A stretch of DNA of 64,000 bases from a virus. The translations under genes were made by a program, and so were the position numbers. The DNA is taken from positions 199,173 through 263,172 of the IMG/VR virus record IMGVR_UViG_3300045988_160394; one strand, given 5' to 3'. Below are positions 61,314 to 64,000 of this stretch, one piece after another (positions within the stretch are counted from its first letter, which is position 1; each line of letters starts with the position of its first letter). Under the pieces are notes generated by a model. It saw only the letters and a list, made by a program, of their open reading frames with translations, was not told the DNA's origin and ran no database searches.

Positions 61314-61625
61314 ATGAAATGTTTAAAATGTGGTCATGAAATAGAAGTGGAAAAAATAGAATTAAATAACGGTAAGACTTTTAAGATATTTAAAAAGTGT
61401 TCTATTTGCAATACTGTTAATAATGCCAGAGATTATTATCCACTTATGTATAAGAATACTATCCTTAATTACCTTAAAGATAGATTGCATAAAGAAGAGG
61501 ATAGAGAAATAATAGGTGTAGATAAAGATTATGATGATGAAGTGAATATGAAATATGGAGCAATCAATATTTTAGAAGAAGTTATTCATCATATTGAAAC
61601 TAGTATGCCTGTAAAAGGAGAGTAA
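61314..61625 (+). CDS. Small zinc-ribbon protein (103 aa)
   Basis: ATG 61314 lies after AAAGGAGAG (the track start 61239 overlaps the previous gene). Motif CLKCGH...CSICN. Confidence 0.55.
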   Translation: MKCLKCGHEIEVEKIELNNGKTFKIFKKCSICNTVNNARDYYPLMYKNTILNYLKDRLHKEEDREIIGVDKDYDDEVNMKYGAINILEEVIHHIETSMPVKGE

Positions 61626-61630
61626 TTATT

Positions 61631-61876
61631 ATGTTTGGTTGCAAAAGAGAATCTAGTGAACAAATAAGAGAAAGATTGCTTAAATTGTGTAAAGAAGAAG
61701 GACGTGAATCATGTCCTCCATGCTTAGATGCAGATGTTGCATTAAATGAGTTAGCGGATCATTTGCTGGGTAAAGACTGGTATGTTGTTGGTCCTATTCA
61801 TGCTAAACAAGTTAATTTTGAAATAGTAAAAGCTATAGAAGAAAAATATAAGAGGGTGAAAAGTAATGGCTATTAG
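61631..61876 (+). CDS. Hypothetical protein (81 aa)
   Basis: Track ORF with RBS AAAGGAGAG and TAG stop. Confidence 0.5.
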   Translation: MFGCKRESSEQIRERLLKLCKEEGRESCPPCLDADVALNELADHLLGKDWYVVGPIHAKQVNFEIVKAIEEKYKRVKSNGY

Positions 61877-62156
61877 AAGATGGAATGGACCTATCATAAT
61901 AGACAAAGAAACTGCTAAAGAAATGGCTAAAAAAGAACCATGTAGTGAATATCAAAAACGTTGTGCTGATTTTGTTAGTAAATTCCCTAGTCCTATATTA
62001 CATAGGTCAGCTTTAATGTCATCTATAGAAAAAGAAATAGATAAATTTGAAAAAGAATGTTGTAATGAATGTGATCCTTATAACATAGCTTATGGAGAAG
62101 GTATAGTAAAAGGATTATATATTGCTTTAGGTATAGTTGAAAAAGGTAAATTATAA
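61866..62156 (+). CDS. Hypothetical protein (96 aa)
   Basis: Track ORF with RBS GAGGGTG. It overlaps the previous gene by 11 nt. Confidence 0.5.
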   Translation: MAIRRWNGPIIIDKETAKEMAKKEPCSEYQKRCADFVSKFPSPILHRSALMSSIEKEIDKFEKECCNECDPYNIAYGEGIVKGLYIALGIVEKGKL

Positions 62157-62191
62157 TAATTAATATTAAAAATGAAAGTGAGGAAATTGAT

Positions 62192-62356
62192 ATGAAAAAT
62201 AATGAATTAAGAGCAAGAGGTATGAAAAACTTAGAGGAGGCTATAAAAGATATATCTAAAATGGAATGTAAATGTTCAGAAATGGATACAGTTTGTGATA
62301 GATGTAGAGCTTTAAGTTCTGCTATTCATGCTAAAGACTCATTAGAAAGATTATAA
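62192..62356 (+). CDS. Small Cys-containing protein (54 aa)
   Basis: Below the track cutoff. ATG lies after GTGAGGAAA. Motif CKCSEMDTVCDRC. TAA stop. Confidence 0.4.
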   Translation: MKNNELRARGMKNLEEAIKDISKMECKCSEMDTVCDRCRALSSAIHAKDSLERL

Positions 62357-62378
62357 TATAATTAATGGAGAGAGAAAG

Positions 62379-62540
62379 ATGAAATATTGTAGTAATTGTG
62401 GTAAAGAATTAAAGACAACTGTAGACTTTGATAGAACCATTATTGGCAATTTTAAAAAAGGTATTAAATTAAGCAAAAAATGTTTCTATTGTGGAGCAAT
62501 ATTAAATGTTGCATATATAGAAGAAAAGAGTAATAGATAG
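62379..62540 (+). CDS. Small zinc-ribbon protein (53 aa)
   Basis: Below the track cutoff. ATG lies after GGAGAGAGAAAG. Motif CSNCGKEL...CFYCG. TAG stop. Confidence 0.4.
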   Translation: MKYCSNCGKELKTTVDFDRTIIGNFKKGIKLSKKCFYCGAILNVAYIEEKSNR

Positions 62541-62542
62541 CT

Positions 62543-62686
62543 ATGGATATAGTATTTTTTATATTATGTATGGCTATTATAATAGGAATGGGAGTTATTA
62601 GTATTACATCTGGAGATAATATTTCAGGAGTTGCTTATATATTAATAGCTCTCTTTTTTATTTTATTACTATTAAGTACTTTATAG
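62543..62686 (+). CDS. Small two-helix membrane protein (47 aa)
   Basis: Below the track cutoff. Almost entirely hydrophobic (MDIVFFILCMAIIIGMGVISI...YILIALFFILLLLSTL). TAG stop. Confidence 0.35.
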   Translation: MDIVFFILCMAIIIGMGVISITSGDNISGVAYILIALFFILLLLSTL

Positions 62687-62697
62687 GAGGTATATAT

Positions 62698-63348
62698 GTG
62701 TTTGGTTTTAAAAAAGAATACAAGTATTATATAGTTGATAATATAGATAGGAACTTTGATTTTAAACTAGGAGAAATAATTAGAGTCGTTCGAGAAAATA
62801 AAAGTTTATATCTATATAGTATTTTCGATAAAAGAACTGAAAGTGCATGTGGTAATTCTAGATTTAAATATTTGAAGTTTATAAAGAAAAACTGCTCACT
62901 TTTATGTGATTTAGAATATTATCCAATAGTATTAGAAGATATAAAAGAGTTTAATAAATATAGATTGGATTATAATGATAAAAGAATGGGTTATTTAAGA
63001 GCATTGAATCTAGCAAATGAAAGATTAGATGAAATAATTAATGAAAAAGGTGAAAATATATTATTAAACCGTTTCGAGAATAATTGTGGAATGTGTTCAA
63101 GAAGAAAAAAGTTAGGTTATTTTTTCTTTATAGATTTAGATGGTTATCCTTGCCCATTCGATACTGATTCAAAGGATTTTTTAAAAGATAGTAAGGTATT
63201 TAATGAAATAGAAGATATTAATTACAATTGTTATAGCTGTTATAAAAGATGTAAATTATCAAAATTAACAGCTAAGGAAGCAAAGAAAATATTAAATGAT
63301 ACTGAAAAAGTAGTAAAAGAAGCTATATTAAAAGAAAAAAGATTGTAG
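62698..63348 (+). CDS. Cys-rich hypothetical protein (216 aa), paralog of 60407..61102
   Basis: GTG start 7 nt after AGGAGG. See the shared blocks listed for 60407..61102. Confidence 0.65.
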   Translation: MFGFKKEYKYYIVDNIDRNFDFKLGEIIRVVRENKSLYLYSIFDKRTESACGNSRFKYLKFIKKNCSLLCDLEYYPIVLEDIKEFNKYRLDYNDKRMGYLRALNLANERLDEIINEKGENILLNRFENNCGMCSRRKKLGYFFFIDLDGYPCPFDTDSKDFLKDSKVFNEIEDINYNCYSCYKRCKLSKLTAKEAKKILNDTEKVVKEAILKEKRL

Positions 63349-63359
63349 GAGGCATTATT

Positions 63360-63617
63360 ATGAGATTAGCATTAGAAGAAAAACCTAAAAATATAGGATT
63401 AGGAGACATAGTTAGATACAATAACGTAATAGATTGTTTAGTTATAAAATTAAATGGTGAAGACGATTTATATAATGATATTAGAGTAATTAGATTAGTA
63501 AATTTAGAAACTGGTTTAACAGTAGACTCATTTATAAGTTTAGAAGAGCTTAATAAGTTTACTTTAGTTAAATTAATAGCTAAGTCAAATGAAGTAAAGA
63601 TAGGATGGGATAGATAA
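63360..63617 (+). CDS. Hypothetical protein (85 aa), paralog of 59767..60054
   Basis: Track ORF with RBS AGGAGG and TAA stop. Confidence 0.5.
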   Translation: MRLALEEKPKNIGLGDIVRYNNVIDCLVIKLNGEDDLYNDIRVIRLVNLETGLTVDSFISLEELNKFTLVKLIAKSNEVKIGWDR

Positions 63618-63844
63618 TGAAAAAAAGAATATTAGGAATTATATCAACTGTAGTCATTTGTACTACAGTTTTTATTAGTTGTTCAAACAATACTGTTCAT
63701 TCTGAACAAAAAGAATGTTTAAAACTTTTAGGAAATAGAGGAGGCATTTATGTTTATGAAGATGTCATGAATGGCAATATTGTATATGAATGTTATCAAC
63801 ATGGAATAGCTGTAGTGCCTAAACATGAAGTAAAAGGAGAATAA
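63617..63844 (+). CDS. Predicted small lipoprotein (75 aa)
   Basis: Signal peptide plus lipobox: MKKRILGIISTVVICTTVFISC|SNN. Its start overlaps the previous stop (TAATG). Confidence 0.55.
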   Translation: MKKRILGIISTVVICTTVFISCSNNTVHSEQKECLKLLGNRGGIYVYEDVMNGNIVYECYQHGIAVVPKHEVKGE

Positions 63845-63845
63845 T

Positions 63846-64000
63846 ATGAAATATATAGAACTAATAGTTTTAATAATATTTTATATATTAGTTGTTATAT
63901 TATGGGGTATATCAACAATGAGTTTAGTAATAGCTATTAAAAGCAATAATGATGTATTGATGTTATTATCTGGCTTTTATTTAATATTATCTGTAATATG
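63846..64000 (+). CDS. Small membrane protein, N-terminal part (runs off right edge)
   Basis: ATG lies after AAAGGAG. The frame is open to the end of the window and the sequence is hydrophobic. Confidence 0.4.
   Translation, partial: MKYIELIVLIIFYILVVILWGISTMSLVIAIKSNNDVLMLLSGFYLILSVI

Noticed and set aside
1-64000. Simple explanation that the host natively uses table 4 (Mollicutes-like), so that the phage merely mirrors it
   Set aside because: Not excluded, but disfavoured. About 35 plus-strand genes in an AT-rich genome use only TGG for Trp and never TGA, whereas the late genes mix both codons. Deciding this needs host identification and the full genome.

Overview
This window is a visibly AT-rich segment of a tailed-phage genome (contractile-tail type) with two opposed transcription blocks.

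(1) Positions 1-46219 form one continuous minus-strand late/structural operon. It encodes:
- a protein at the small-terminase position and a mini P-loop ATPase;
- a large terminase split by a LAGLIDADG intein;
- a GroES-like co-chaperonin, a portal and a prohead protease/scaffold;
- an HK97-type major capsid protein, a tail sheath and three tail-tube paralogs;
- a paralogous chaperone pair and a 2121-aa tape-measure-like protein;
- a 2946-aa giant carrying DEDDh-exonuclease motifs plus RNA-polymerase beta/beta-prime-like motifs;
- another large protein that runs off the left edge.

(2) Positions 46.5-64 kb form a plus-strand block of about 35 mostly small early-type genes. Many are zinc-ribbon proteins and several form paralog pairs. 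The block also holds a 752-aa protein that shares the RNAP catalytic-loop region with the giant.

Main result 1: the supplied standard-code ORF track fragments the late operon.
- By hand I count 45 in-frame TGA codons in 14 late genes.
- Each is in the same frame as the next fragment, and no TAA or TAG lies between fragments.
- No gene in the window ends in TGA.
- The plus-strand block has no in-frame TGA, yet it uses TGG for Trp.
- TGA is therefore a sense codon (most likely Trp, table 4) specifically in the late genes. Gene models below are given under that reading.

Main result 2: consecutive intergenic spacers of the early block carry self-cleaving ribozymes.
- There is one type III hammerhead, two type II hammerheads with a covarying pseudoknot, and one twister.
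- The ribozyme-bearing gene run lies inside a segment bracketed by two GC-rich, tetraloop-rich structured islands that are mutually complementary.

I recognised no rRNA, tRNA, CRISPR array, integrase or transposase. Hand-derived coordinates of RNA elements may be off by 1-2 nt.
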